Shown here piece after piece: positions 8,829 to 20,200 of a stretch of DNA of 59,416 nt; within the stretch, counting starts at the first letter, position 1, and every line of letters starts with the position of its first letter. Position numbers and translations under genes: made by a program. Origin of the DNA: a virus (Duplodnaviria > Caudoviricetes); IMG/VR virus record IMGVR_UViG_3300036790_000129, positions 1 through 59,416 of that record, one strand, 5' to 3'. The notes under the pieces are model-generated. The model was not told the DNA's origin. It worked only from the letters and a program-made list of their open reading frames with translations, and ran no database searches.

Positions 8829-9169
8829 CTGAGATCATCCGCATCATCGGAACGCGCGAACAAAAGATCACAGCGGCTACCAAGATCAAGGCTGAATTCG
8901 AATCCGTATTTCCTGAGCTGGCTGATCTGCGCAAGCAATTGATCGAGTGTGACATGGCTGCCGACAATCTGAGTTCTGTGTCACGGGTCATCACAGAAAA
9001 GATCGACTACCGGGCAACACGCGATGATCCGGATCGCTACCGTAGAAAACATGCTCTACCACCCATCATCACCGAGGAAATACGTTATGCAATTCAGGAT
9101 CGTTCATCCCAACCTGTTGTCCCCGCCAACACTGTATTTGACTCCCGAGGACGCCATCGCCGCCGGTAG
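8825..9169 (+). CDS. Hypothetical protein
   Basis: GTGA overlap with upstream gene. Confidence 0.5.
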   Translation: MTEIIRIIGTREQKITAATKIKAEFESVFPELADLRKQLIECDMAADNLSSVSRVITEKIDYRATRDDPDRYRRKHALPPIITEEIRYAIQDRSSQPVVPANTVFDSRGRHRRR

Positions 9170-9482
9170 GGAGTTCTGGCCACATGTCGTGTTCCACGTG
9201 GAACAGGTGCGTCAGGCCAAGCTGTCGGATTACTTCCGGGCGCAAGACCTGTCCAGCGCGTTGCGTGAGCGCATGGCGGCTATCTCGGGCGATGATTCTG
9301 TGATGGATACCCGCGTCACTCCTGACGGCGGTGCGCCGAATGAAGGTCCGAACGTATTCGATGATCCGGTTCTGGACGAGGCGATTCGCGAGACGCTGGA
9401 TGCTTTCGCCGATCACGCGCAACTGGATCTGTCCGCCCTGCTGATCGTGGAGAGTCGCCTTGAAGTCAAGCCTGCCATCTAA
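9087..9482 (+). CDS. Hypothetical protein
   Basis: GAGG RBS before ATG 9087. Confidence 0.6.
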   Translation: MQFRIVHPNLLSPPTLYLTPEDAIAAGREFWPHVVFHVEQVRQAKLSDYFRAQDLSSALRERMAAISGDDSVMDTRVTPDGGAPNEGPNVFDDPVLDEAIRETLDAFADHAQLDLSALLIVESRLEVKPAI

Positions 9483-10092
9483 TAAGCCCACGACGGCACC
9501 AAAGCGAACCGTGGAGCCCATTGGTCTGCGAGTGGTCCAGATGGACGATCCGGAGACGCACGCTCCACGGCGTGTTCTGGTGGCTGCCACGGCTAGCGAC
9601 GCAGCCAGACTCCAGACCAAGGGCAACAAGGTCGGGGATCTTATCTTTGCGCAAATCAAAAAGCCGCGCTCACCCGGTTTCCATCGACTCGCTCATGCCA
9701 TCGGAAAATTGGCGGTGGAAAATATCAATGAGTTAAGCCATCTAGAAGCGCATGGAGCACTTAAACGTCTGCAAGTAGAAGCGGGTGCTGCATGCGAGGA
9801 AATGCAGGTTCAAATTCACACGATTTGGCCAGCCGTAATTACATGGATAGATGAGCATCTGGGGCGCCCGATGGCCGTAATGCTCAAGGTAGTAATGGAC
9901 GAAATGAAAATGGGCAAAACCACGGTCACTGTTCGGGTGCCGCGATCTTTATCGTTCGATTCTCTTGACGAAATTGAGTTCAAAGAGGCTGTCAAGATAA
10001 TTTGCCGGTACATGGCAACTACCTACTGGCCAACGATGACACCCGAGCAGATCGAGGACATGGCTGAGGCAACAAAAGACCTGATGGTATGA
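9460..10092 (+). CDS. DUF1367/NinB-like recombination-associated protein
   Basis: KKPRSPGFHRLAH...VPRSLSFDSLDEIEF. Confidence 0.7.
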   Translation: MKSSLPSNKPTTAPKRTVEPIGLRVVQMDDPETHAPRRVLVAATASDAARLQTKGNKVGDLIFAQIKKPRSPGFHRLAHAIGKLAVENINELSHLEAHGALKRLQVEAGAACEEMQVQIHTIWPAVITWIDEHLGRPMAVMLKVVMDEMKMGKTTVTVRVPRSLSFDSLDEIEFKEAVKIICRYMATTYWPTMTPEQIEDMAEATKDLMV

Positions 10093-10517
10093 AAAGAACA
10101 CCGCTCAAGCGCGCCGAATTCAAGCGTAAACCTGTACCTACGCCCAAGCCTTATCGCCGCAAGCCAAAGCCTGCGGCAGTCAAGGCGTACTGGGACAAGG
10201 TGGCCGCGCTGGGATGCATCGTCACCGGGCGCACGGATAACGTCACCATCCACCACGTACATGGTGGCTCGATGCGTGGCGTATTGCCACGTGGACGCGG
10301 TGTCAAACAAGACTGGATGGTAATACCTCTCACCGCCAGTCTGCATACCGCTGGCCCAACCGGCATCGACACGGGGTTTGGCGTATTGGCATGGGAGGAT
10401 ATGTATGGCCCACAGCTACACTTCCTTCTGGAAGTCATGCGTAGAACAGGTATTGATCCGTTCAAGAAATCAGGCATGTCATGGCCTGAAACAGTTGACA
10501 GGCCGATCATGATGTGA
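10089..10517 (+). CDS. Ref/DUF968-like HNH-fold nuclease
   Basis: MKRTPLKR; VAALGCIV...IHH...VIPL...H...WEDMYGPQ. Confidence 0.65.
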   Translation: MKRTPLKRAEFKRKPVPTPKPYRRKPKPAAVKAYWDKVAALGCIVTGRTDNVTIHHVHGGSMRGVLPRGRGVKQDWMVIPLTASLHTAGPTGIDTGFGVLAWEDMYGPQLHFLLEVMRRTGIDPFKKSGMSWPETVDRPIMM

Positions 10518-10531
10518 AACACTTTCAATCA
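10495..10531 (+). promoter_or_regulatory. Putative promoter of the recombination operon
   Basis: TTGACA 10495-10500; weak -10 region inside imperfect inverted repeat TGATGTGAAA-CAC-TTTCAATCA. Confidence 0.4.
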
Positions 10532-10548
10532 CACCCAAGGAGATCACC

Positions 10549-10758
10549 ATGGACATGCACCACGTCGAATCATCCCACGTTCACTCCACCGGCCATGACG
10601 CTTCCAGCAATGTCATGCACGTCAAGTTCAAGAACGGTGCGTTGTACGAATACCACAATGTCAGCGCCGAGGAACACAAGCGCATCCGTGACTCGGGTTC
10701 CGTGGGCAGTACGTTGCGTTCCACGGTCGCCGGAAAGCATTACCACAAGATCGGCTAA
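10549..10758 (+). CDS. KTSC domain protein
   Basis: VESSHVHSTGHD...VKFKNGALYEYHNV...SVGS; AAGGAG RBS. Confidence 0.88.
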   Translation: MDMHHVESSHVHSTGHDASSNVMHVKFKNGALYEYHNVSAEEHKRIRDSGSVGSTLRSTVAGKHYHKIG

Positions 10759-10772
10759 CCGAAGGAACTACC

Positions 10773-11834
10773 ATGGCCAAGGCACAAAACAAGCCGCTGA
10801 CTGCCGAAGAAATCTCCGCACGGAAGATTGGCACGGCACTGGCAATTGCCAATGAAAAGCTGGGCACTGGTTCGGCTGCGAAGTACAACGCGGCTCGGGC
10901 AGTGAACACGCTCAAGTGGCAGACTGAAAAGATGTACGTACTGCAGCTGATCCAGCGCAGCGAATATCTTGCACAGGCCATCATCGAGACACCGATCTCG
11001 TTGCTGACGGCACTGCAGGATGTGGCTAGTCTCGGTCTGTCGTTGTCACCGCAGATGGGACATGCCTATCTGATCCCGCAGCGCCCGAAGGCTGGGGCGC
11101 CGTACGAGGTTTACGCCAAAGTGTCCTACAAGGGCATGGAGCAGGTGGTGTTGACTTCCGGCACGGTGCTGTCGATCGCCACGGATCTGGTCTACGAGAA
11201 CGACACGTTCAAGCGTGGCGTCAACATGGATGGCCCGTTCTTCAACTTTGAAATGGCCATGGGTGATCGTGGTCCGCTACTGGGCGGCTTCTGTCTGGCT
11301 CGCTACAGCAACGGCGAGAAGCATCTGGAGTGGATGCCGATCGCGGACATCGAAGGTTGCAAAGCGGCAGCGATCAAGGCTCAGAACGGCAAGACACCAC
11401 CCGTGTGGGTCGGTGCGTTCGCCAGCGAACAGCAAAAGAAATGCGTCGTACGCCGCGCAGCCAAACATTGGCCATCCAGTCCGGTGATCGAGCGGCTGAT
11501 CCAGAATTTCGACATCAACAATCCGATGGAGTTCGGCAAAGCCAGCATCATCGAAGGTGAGTCGGTCGAAGTCATGGATGACACGCACGTCGATCAGATC
11601 CGCTTGGCACTTCCTACCCTTGAAGATCCGATGGCATCCATGTGGATGGAAATGGCAGCCAAGGCACGTGGCTTCAACAACATCCGCGAGGTTCCCGTGG
11701 AACGCTTCGAGGAGGTACGTGATTCGCTGGTCGCGCGCGTCAAGGCTGTCGAGGAACGCAATGCCAATACTGCCAATGTCAATACGGCGGCTGATCTGGA
11801 AAAAGATGGTGAACACGATCAGGGAGCGCAGTAA
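10773..11834 (+). CDS. RecT-like single-strand annealing recombinase
   Basis: ASLGLSLSPQMGHAYLIP...SYKGM...VYENDTF...KKCVVRRAAKHWP. Confidence 0.85.
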   Translation: MAKAQNKPLTAEEISARKIGTALAIANEKLGTGSAAKYNAARAVNTLKWQTEKMYVLQLIQRSEYLAQAIIETPISLLTALQDVASLGLSLSPQMGHAYLIPQRPKAGAPYEVYAKVSYKGMEQVVLTSGTVLSIATDLVYENDTFKRGVNMDGPFFNFEMAMGDRGPLLGGFCLARYSNGEKHLEWMPIADIEGCKAAAIKAQNGKTPPVWVGAFASEQQKKCVVRRAAKHWPSSPVIERLIQNFDINNPMEFGKASIIEGESVEVMDDTHVDQIRLALPTLEDPMASMWMEMAAKARGFNNIREVPVERFEEVRDSLVARVKAVEERNANTANVNTAADLEKDGEHDQGAQ

Positions 11835-12436
11835 TGCCCACCCATGGTGAACTGAGGCTGGGGATGCTCACCAGTTCCACCGCTGGCATCATCATGCGAG
11901 GTGGACCGGCAGCATGGGATTCCTTGCGCGAGCATCTGTGGACCGACACAGCCGAGGAGTTCGATGGGGATACCGAAGGTGCTCGTGCTTTTGGTCATGA
12001 GGAGGAGGACAAGGGTGTAGCGAAATTCTGGGAACGGCACCCGGAAGTGGAAGCCATCGAACCGGGCGGCTTCCAGATATATCGTGCCACTGGCGTCCTC
12101 AAGGATCGCATCGGAAGTTCACCGGATCGGATCGTGTATGAGCATGGCAAGTTCTACGGTCTGGAAGTGAAGTCACCAACGATCCCCGGCTACATGGGTC
12201 GGCATACGCCAGTCGCGCACAACGATCAATGCCAGCACGGGGCACTCGTGACAGGCTTTAAAAAGTGGGTGCTGGTTGCTCACCACGGCGAAACATTGTA
12301 CGAGGAATACCTCATCAAGCCTGACAGGGACTGGCAGAAACGCTACCTCGATCGAGCCGAGGTGTTCATCAAGTTCGCTTACGAAGGCAAGCCGGTGATC
12401 CGGCGCAAACTATCCATTAACGATCTCAAGGATTAA
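11834..12436 (+). CDS. YqaJ-like viral recombinase exonuclease
   Basis: RLGMLTSS...FGHEEE...GSSPDRI...GLEVKSP...QCQ. Confidence 0.8.
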   Translation: MPTHGELRLGMLTSSTAGIIMRGGPAAWDSLREHLWTDTAEEFDGDTEGARAFGHEEEDKGVAKFWERHPEVEAIEPGGFQIYRATGVLKDRIGSSPDRIVYEHGKFYGLEVKSPTIPGYMGRHTPVAHNDQCQHGALVTGFKKWVLVAHHGETLYEEYLIKPDRDWQKRYLDRAEVFIKFAYEGKPVIRRKLSINDLKD

Positions 12437-12438
12437 CC

Positions 12439-13083
12439 ATGGCTACCAAGAAAGCTACCAAGGAAAAAGCTGTACCACCACCGGCACCACCGAAGGTTCT
12501 GGCCGAACAGTTGCACGAAGAAATCGCCGGCATCCTCAAGGAAAATGCCAAGGTCATTGTGCATGACGAGAACGCCATCGAAATCCCTGCTGACAAGCTG
12601 GGTAGTGCGGTGGATCTGTTGTCGCTCACGCGTGCACTCGTTCGCAACACCGAAGCGGACTACAAGGCCAAGATCAAGAACATCACGGACCCGTTTGCAC
12701 CCTATACGGCCGAGAAAAAGTCGATCATCAAGCGGGCGCAGGAAGTCGAGCATGATTTGGAAATCGGACTGCATACCCTGATTTCCAATGGCGTGATTGG
12801 CAAGGACGGATACGAAACCAAGAACGGATGCAGGCTGTCACTGGTCGGCAAGGAGGAGCTGGTGCTGGACGATCCGGATGCCATTCCGGATGAGTTCCTG
12901 TTGCCACGGGCGCAGTGTCTGGACTGGGGCAAGATCAAACAGTCGATCGTGGCCAATAACGCAGCCGTGGAAGCGGCGGCGGCGGCCGGGATCGAGCTGC
13001 AGATCCTCAATCCGATCAAGGGCGCTCACCTCACCACCACCTACACGCTGCGTACCAAACTGCCTGACGAACTGGGGAACTAA
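12439..13083 (+). CDS. Coiled-coil protein, Gp157/Gam-like
   Basis: Coiled coil followed by DPDAIPDEFL...D.KIK...IKGA; lies in recombination operon. Confidence 0.5.
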   Translation: MATKKATKEKAVPPPAPPKVLAEQLHEEIAGILKENAKVIVHDENAIEIPADKLGSAVDLLSLTRALVRNTEADYKAKIKNITDPFAPYTAEKKSIIKRAQEVEHDLEIGLHTLISNGVIGKDGYETKNGCRLSLVGKEELVLDDPDAIPDEFLLPRAQCLDWGKIKQSIVANNAAVEAAAAAGIELQILNPIKGAHLTTTYTLRTKLPDELGN

Positions 13084-13084
13084 C

Positions 13085-13609
13085 GTGTCCATCAAGCCAA
13101 TGAAACTCCATACATTCAAGCTGCGACTCTTTGTCGCCCTCTGCACGCTATTCAATGTGCCCATTACCACCAGTTTGCGATTCATTCCGGATGAACAGAA
13201 ACGCCGGGATGATCGTGGCCGCACCATCCACACCTATGAGTTCTTCGGCGATGCGTTGCACGATCTGCACGCCTTGCATGATGGCACTCTCGCTTCCAAG
13301 GAACCCGAACATGGCACGTACTACCTCGCTGTCGAAGTCCGCTCCACGTCCGTCAGTAAACTCGGCGCTTGTCGGAAAAACAAAGACACCATCACCGTCC
13401 CCCTCCCGCTCGATGTACCTCAAGGACTATCGAGTTCGACGCTTGGCAGACCCGGTACTGCGCATCCAGCGAAAACTTCGGATGATGAAGCCTTCGCAGA
13501 TCAGGCAGATGGAACAGCTCGCGAACGATCTTCTGGGAGCAAAGCTGGTCAATCCATTGGACCCGTGGGCCACGTGAAAGTCGATCTCTCCAAGATCGGT
13601 GTGCAATAA
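13085..13609 (+). CDS. Hypothetical protein
   Basis: GTG start directly after upstream stop. Confidence 0.5.
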   Translation: MSIKPMKLHTFKLRLFVALCTLFNVPITTSLRFIPDEQKRRDDRGRTIHTYEFFGDALHDLHALHDGTLASKEPEHGTYYLAVEVRSTSVSKLGACRKNKDTITVPLPLDVPQGLSSSTLGRPGTAHPAKTSDDEAFADQADGTARERSSGSKAGQSIGPVGHVKVDLSKIGVQ

Positions 13610-13619
13610 TCACCACGTT

Positions 13620-13725
13620 CGTTCCTGCGCCCGGCTGTTGGGGGTTGCACGGTCGAGTGGCCTCCATACCATGACGACACCGGCCCGGCAGGGGTTGCGC
13701 AACAACTTTACCGGGCGCAGGAACG
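13620..13725. repeat. 15-bp perfect inverted repeat enclosing 76 nt
   Basis: CGTTCCTGCGCCCGG (13620-13634) / CCGGGCGCAGGAACG (13711-13725). Confidence 0.85.
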
Positions 13726-13746
13726 GCATTACCAAGGAAAGATCCC

Positions 13747-14040
13747 ATGTCACAGCACAAGCGCAAGCTTCATCAGGCCGAACGTGAACGCGTGCAGCGA
13801 AATCAGACGGCCAGACGAGTGGCCAATTATGCGCCACTGCCTTGTCATGAATCCCTTTCCACGATTCCCAATGCCGAAGCGATCGATGGCTTCAAGGCCA
13901 TGCTGTTACGCAAGACGGCGATCCGTGAGGCAGCCATCCACTTGGCCCATGCCAAACGTGTTCGCCGCTGGCAGCGGAACCTTGTAGACTTACAACGTCT
14001 GCAGAATGCGGGCGGCCAGGAAACCGTACCGGGTGGGTAA
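13747..14040 (+). CDS. Hypothetical basic protein
   Basis: AAGGA RBS; last gene of + arm. Confidence 0.55.
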   Translation: MSQHKRKLHQAERERVQRNQTARRVANYAPLPCHESLSTIPNAEAIDGFKAMLLRKTAIREAAIHLAHAKRVRRWQRNLVDLQRLQNAGGQETVPGG

Positions 14041-14187
14041 CCCTAACGGAACCAGCTGAAAAACCGGGTGCCACTGCGTTGCAGGTCCGTCGTTCATTCG
14101 GATTCCTTAACCCGGCATGGTCAGTCGCCAACGGAGCGAGATCCGAGGATCTGGTCATCAAGTTCACGGGGATGAAGGATCTGCGCC

Positions 14188-14211
14188 AAAGGCCACCGCA
14201 AGGTGGCCTTT
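14188..14211. terminator. Bidirectional terminator between the convergent arms
   Basis: AAAGGCCACC-GCAA-GGTGGCCTTT. Confidence 0.8.
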
Positions 14212-14214
14212 CCG

Positions 14215-17200
14215 TCAGTGGAAGTCCGTTACCATGTCAAGCATGGGTGCCACGCGATCAAGCATCCGCTCACGCATCTGGTTGATGTTATCCAACCGGG
14301 TGCGCTTGTCCTGTGGCGACAAGGTGGTGGATGCATTGATGGCTTGTTCCATCGTACGCAACTCACCCATCTTGCTCGACACCGTATGCAGCTCGTTGCG
14401 ATATTGAAGTGCCGTGCGATTGTTCTGCATGACTTCCCTCGCGTCGTTGATGTGGCCCTGTTTTACGTAGGTACTGATCGTCTTGGCGGCGGCATCAGCA
14501 TCATGCTGGGCACTGTATACCTCATCAACATAACGATTGCGTGTATCACTGGCTGGCTTGTCGGCATTGACGATGTGCGCTAGCCCGGCCGTAACCGGGT
14601 TGCTGAACGGGCTGGCCGCTCGCGGTGGTGCATGACCCGTGGCACGCTGCATGGCATCGGCGAACTGAAGAGCGTACATGCCGATCGATGAGGTATAGCC
14701 TTGGATCAGATGTTGCAGGCGAACAGGTGAACGCAGGCTATCCGGCGCCCCTTCGGGCATGTGTCGCGCGATAGCTGTCACGGTAGGTGACGTGTTCATG
14801 CCCACTTGTGCGCCCGGCTGGAGCTCCTGTTCATGCTCGCTGACGATCGGGATCTTGCTTCCCAGTTGCTGTTTATTGGCAATGTCCTCGATCACTGGCA
14901 ATGCCACCCGTGGAATCGGATTCATGCCGAACATCTGATTGGCCACATTACCCATTGACTCGGCGAAGGTGCGCGCGGTGTCCTTTCCCTGCAGCACGCG
15001 CATCACGCGCTCAGGGATGGTGGCGGCAATCGCGCCTGCCTCGAACGGTTTGGCCAACGTGTAGTGCGTGCCGCCTGCGTAGAAGTGCCAATACAGATCC
15101 TTGGCTTCATCCGGCAACCGCTCGTAGTCCTTGTTCTGCTGGTTGTAGAGATTCAGCGCCAGCGTGGGCAACATCAGACTGATGCCCTTGAGGAAGAATG
15201 AGGTGACTGCGCGCTGGCGATTCATCGTCACGTCACGACCCATCATGCCGTCGTAGAGTCGGGTAAGGCCCTGAATGTGCGCATTCATGAATGGCGCACC
15301 ACGCATGACGTATTGCGCCAGCTTGCCATCACCGCGCTTCTGCCAGTTGAGGGTGTTCTGTCCCTGCCATGCGGCCTCGGCCATCGAGCCGCCACGATCG
15401 AGCGTGTGCTTGGCGATCGTCAGACGACTGGTCTGTTCACTCATCCAGCCGACATGCTTGTAGGCTTCCCAGAGTTTCTTGGGACTGTTGAGCAGGTTCC
15501 ACTTGTCGCCTTCCAGCTTGCTCATCAGATCACGCACTTCCTCGATCCGGTAATACTCATTGCCGTTGTAGCCGGCAATGCGCAGATCATTGAGAAAATG
15601 GCTATCAGTCAGCACGTCCTTGGCATTGCCTACGAGGTGCTTGAACATATTTGGATTCGTGCCCGTCTGCATCCATGACTGCATCATGTCCTTGAGGAAG
15701 ATCCGTGCCATGAAGCGAGGATCGAGCGTGGTGGCTACCGTATAGATGCGCTTGGCGCCACCCAGCAACGTATCCATCACCTTGCCGATGTCACCGATGC
15801 TCTGCAGGTTCGTGATCGAACGCAACAACAGTGGATCGGTGACGTGGTAGTAAATGTTCTTGCCGTTCTCCACTACCGATACGATGTCCGCGCCCACCGG
15901 CTTCTGTGGACGGAACATGGTGGTCAGCGTGTTCAGATCATCATCAGTCAGATTTGACTTGTCCACCTCGATACCAGCCTTGGCCAACTGGCCAATGGCT
16001 TCCTCGGCGGACATCTGCATCGCACGCATCGGGATCTTTGCGCGCTCCATGCCAATGCCATCCGTGAGAGCCACCACGCGGCGCATGGCTTCGTTGGAGT
16101 AAATCTTGTCAAGGATCGAGCTCGTGTTCTTGACGATGCTCTCGATCACCGGCTCGATCTTTTTCTGCGATCCCACCAGTTTCTTGGATGTGACTTTCTT
16201 GCCACTGAGCGTATTGGATGCACCGCGCCAGCTACTCGATTCATTCTCCTGCATCGAGCGGTAGAACGGCACGTACATGTTCTGTTTCCACTGGTCAGCC
16301 ACAGCCTTGGACATGCTGCCACGGTCAACGGCCAGATCCAGCAGCTGTTTGTTGAAGTTCTGCAGATCGGACAACACTTTCTTGAACTGCGGATACTTCT
16401 GATCCAGCGCCATCAGCTTGTCGATCTCAGGCTGTGTCAGCAGCTTTTCCTTCGACGTGCCATCAGCGTTGGTTTGCTTGATGAGTTCGTTCGCACGATG
16501 CGCGACAGCATAGCCCTCGAACAGGCGATCCAAGGGTTTGCCATCGGGCGTGCCCTTGTACAGCGGAGCCAGCATGTCGATGAAACCCTTGCGCCCGGCG
16601 ACCGACACGAAACTGCCGTCCTTGTATTCCGGAACACCATTCTTCAGTACGCCAGCCGTGATCTGTTCGTTATTGCGTGCCATCCAGTAGGACTTGTAGG
16701 CCGACTGCGCGGCATCGAGCAGCAGACCGCCGTTGGCGTGGCGCTCGTAGTTCTCGATCGACGCGCCAGCATCAATCGTTGACTGTTTCATTTCCAGCGC
16801 GGTGTCCCCGTTCTGGATGTTGTCGCGAAAGTCGCGCGTGACCTGTTGCAGACGATCCCATGGCGTCATGTCCAGCACAGAATGGTCGATCGTCTTGGCC
16901 AGAATGCGCTCATCCTCGGGGTCACCCTTGGCGGCATTGCGCACACTGAACCGGGTGTTTGCCGGCAGATTTTCTGAACTGTTCAGTTCATAATATCCCG
17001 GCCGTTCCTTGAAGGGCACGCCAGAAGCCTCAATTTGGGCCTTGGTGACGTTCTCCTTGCCGATGGCTACCCCTGCACGGCCCTCTTCCTGCGTGAAGCG
17101 GGCCAATGAGCGGATCGACTCGGGCGATGGATCAGCCAGCTTCTCGACACTGTTGACCACCCGGCCATCCAATACGCTGGACTGGAGGGTGGCGTGGAGA

Positions 17201-20200
17201 TCCCCGATGTCGAGCTCACGGCTGCCATCCCGGCGCAGGATCACAGTGCCTTCGCCAGCCGCCCCACGATAGGTCGAGGTGGCTGTGAAGTCCTTGCCGC
17301 TGAAGGTGGTTTGCGGCGACTCCAGCCCGCGATCATTGACGCGGCCCTCCACTACGTCACGATGCACGCGCGCCATCATGGTGGCGATGTCGCCCTCATT
17401 CCACTTCGGAGCCATGCCCATGCGGCGCATTGCGTCATGTACGAAAGCGACCACCTTCTGCATGATCGTGGGATTCTTGCCTGTCTCGGCGACCTTCGCC
17501 AGATACTCTTCAGCCAGATCGCGCCGAGCCTGTGCGTTTGGCTGCGCGCCATAGATTTTCTCGTAGAGCGCAGCGATCCGCTTGAAGTCCTTGGTGTCCT
17601 TCACGGAAGCGTGGATCTCATCGAGCAACTTCGGCAAGTCGCGCCCGAGCGTCTTGCTGCTGTGCAAACCGTAGTGGCCGATTGCCTCGTGCAACAGCAC
17701 GCGACCAGCGTCCTCCGGGTCAGTCAGTGAATGACTCATCAGGTAGACATGGCCATCATGGAACAAGCCAGCGGGATCTTCATCCTTGCCAAGGAAGTGA
17801 TCGAGATATGCCTGTACCGGTTTCGGCAATTCAGTACGATCACTGACCACGTGGATCGGTGGCGCACCCTTCCACGCCTTCGAGATCGCCATGACATGCT
17901 GCTGCACGGCGTCATGATGATCTTTCGCGGCCTGTGCTTTTTCTTCTTCATTGAGCTCGGGTGGAGTGGGCGGCTTTTCCTGACGGATATGCGCTTCAAT
18001 ATCGTTTTCACCGAAACGCACGATCTGTTCTGCGCGCGGGTACTTCTCGGTCATCGACGGCGGCATGGCAAGACGCTCTGCGTCCGTCATGTTCTGCCGC
18101 TCCTGCACGTTGTAAGCCTCGTTCTCGCCCGCAATTTTCATGTATTTGCTGGCCGCACGTCCCATCATCGACTGATAGTCCGTGAGTCCCTGCTTGCGGA
18201 TCATGTCGTTGATACGTTCAATGTGTGCTGAAATTTCTTCGTGCTGTTTCTCTTCATCTTTCGTCAACACACCATCACGGCCATCAGCGAATGTACCGTC
18301 ATTAAGATCATCGAGTTGATCTCGAAATCCTTGACGCATCGTAGTCAGACGCTGCTTCTGTTCCTTGAGTGGGCCAAGGAATTCCATCGGGCTACCACCC
18401 GTGGCGTGATCCTCCTCGCGCTGGATGTAATGCTGCGCCTCATGCAACAGGATCGACTGCACAGAGTGATCGCCTGTCTTGGGATACATTGACAGGTCAT
18501 GGAACATCATCGTGTTGGTTTCAGGATCGAACATGGCACCCGCTTCAGCCGGCATCCGTGGCTCGACCTTGACATGCACGTCATTGGCGATCTTCGGATA
18601 CGCCTCGTACAATGCCGGATGATCCAGTACATCGCCAAGCGGCACGCCTTTCTCGCTGTGCAGCCCGCGAAGATCCATCGCGCCCGGCTTCAAACGGCTG
18701 TCCTTGTCGTTGATCTCGAAGCGCCACTTGCTATCTGCGCCACGACTCCATCCAGTCATGCCATGGGTAAGCGCCTCCATTTCCTTGGCTGACTTGGGCT
18801 GTTCTTCACTCTCAATTTTTTTGGCGTAAGCCAGTGCGCCCTTGTCACCCGTTTTTGCCTTCTCGCCTGCAAACATCAGGCGCGGATTCGCCCTCTTGTC
18901 CTCTTCACCTTCACTGGAGAGGTCCTTGAGTTTGTCCTTGGTCGATTCATTCAACTTGTCGGCCAGTTTTTCCTTGACCTTATTTTTATTTTCCTCGGCA
19001 ATCTCTTGATCCGACAGGCCAATGCGGCGTTCACGATCTGGCGAGACCTTGGCAAGGTAGGATGTACCCACATCCTTGACCGGGATCGTGCCATGGACGC
19101 CCATGACCACGGCGACATGCTTGGCAGTCATGCCCGGCATCGCGTTGGCCAGATAACCGTCATAACCCGCATCGTGGACACGCTCCTCGAAATCGTCATG
19201 ATTCGCCGCATCGCTCACGATGTGATCCGGATCGGTACGCATGTCGTAGAGGTTATTGAGCTGCGTTTCGTAGGCGTGCGTACCTGCCACAGCGGATTCT
19301 TTCGGCGGAAGCTCGTTGCCTTCGCGCACGTAGAAAGCCGTCCTGCGACCCATGGCATCCGGGCCACGTCCGAAGTTGCCCGCACCGAATCGCTTACGTT
19401 CACCACCGGCCGATCCCGTGCCCGCTTCGCGCGGGTCGAGCTCAGTCAGACCTTCCTTGCTGGAATAGTGCACACCTGTCACACGAACAGGATGTGGACC
19501 ACCTTCACCCTCCTGAAAGAGCGGGGCATCGCTCTTTACATCAGGGATGCCGTTGGCTGCAGGTGCGCGTAATGGCCCTGTTCCTTTTTCCAGCGCGTGT
19601 ACAGGAATGCCATGTGCTCGCTGTCCTGATACGGATTGGGCTTGTCCGGATTCGCTGCCTGCCAGCGCCGAGTCAGACGTGCCAGCTCGATCTTGTAGGC
19701 TGGTACGTTCTTTTCCTTGCTGAACAGCTGATCCAGATCCTTCCTGAACCTCGCCTCGCGGGCTCGATCCGGCAACGTCAGCGTGTTTTTCGATGGGGTG
19801 GCCATTGATCTTGCTCCCAGCATAGCCGTCTATACGGCTAAAACTCTTATGGATGGCCGTTGCTTTGGCGGCCGGAATGTCGCCAGTGATTGTATCATCA
19901 TTCTGATTGTAGGTCAGGTTCGTATCATGTTTGGTATTGACGGCCTTTACCTTGTCATCCATGTCATCCATGTTGGCCGAACCCGCATCACCCTCAAACG
20001 GGACATTCTCCCGAAGCTTGAGCATTGGGGCGCCCGAGATCGGATGGGGTGGCACATCGGTAGCACCGCTATGGATGTAATCGGCGAATTTGGCACGTGA
20101 CATCATGACGATATCGTTCTTGCCGTTTGGCAGAAGCTGATGAACCATGCCCATCGGATATTGTTTCCCGTAGACACTCATCGCCTCACCCTTCGACTTG

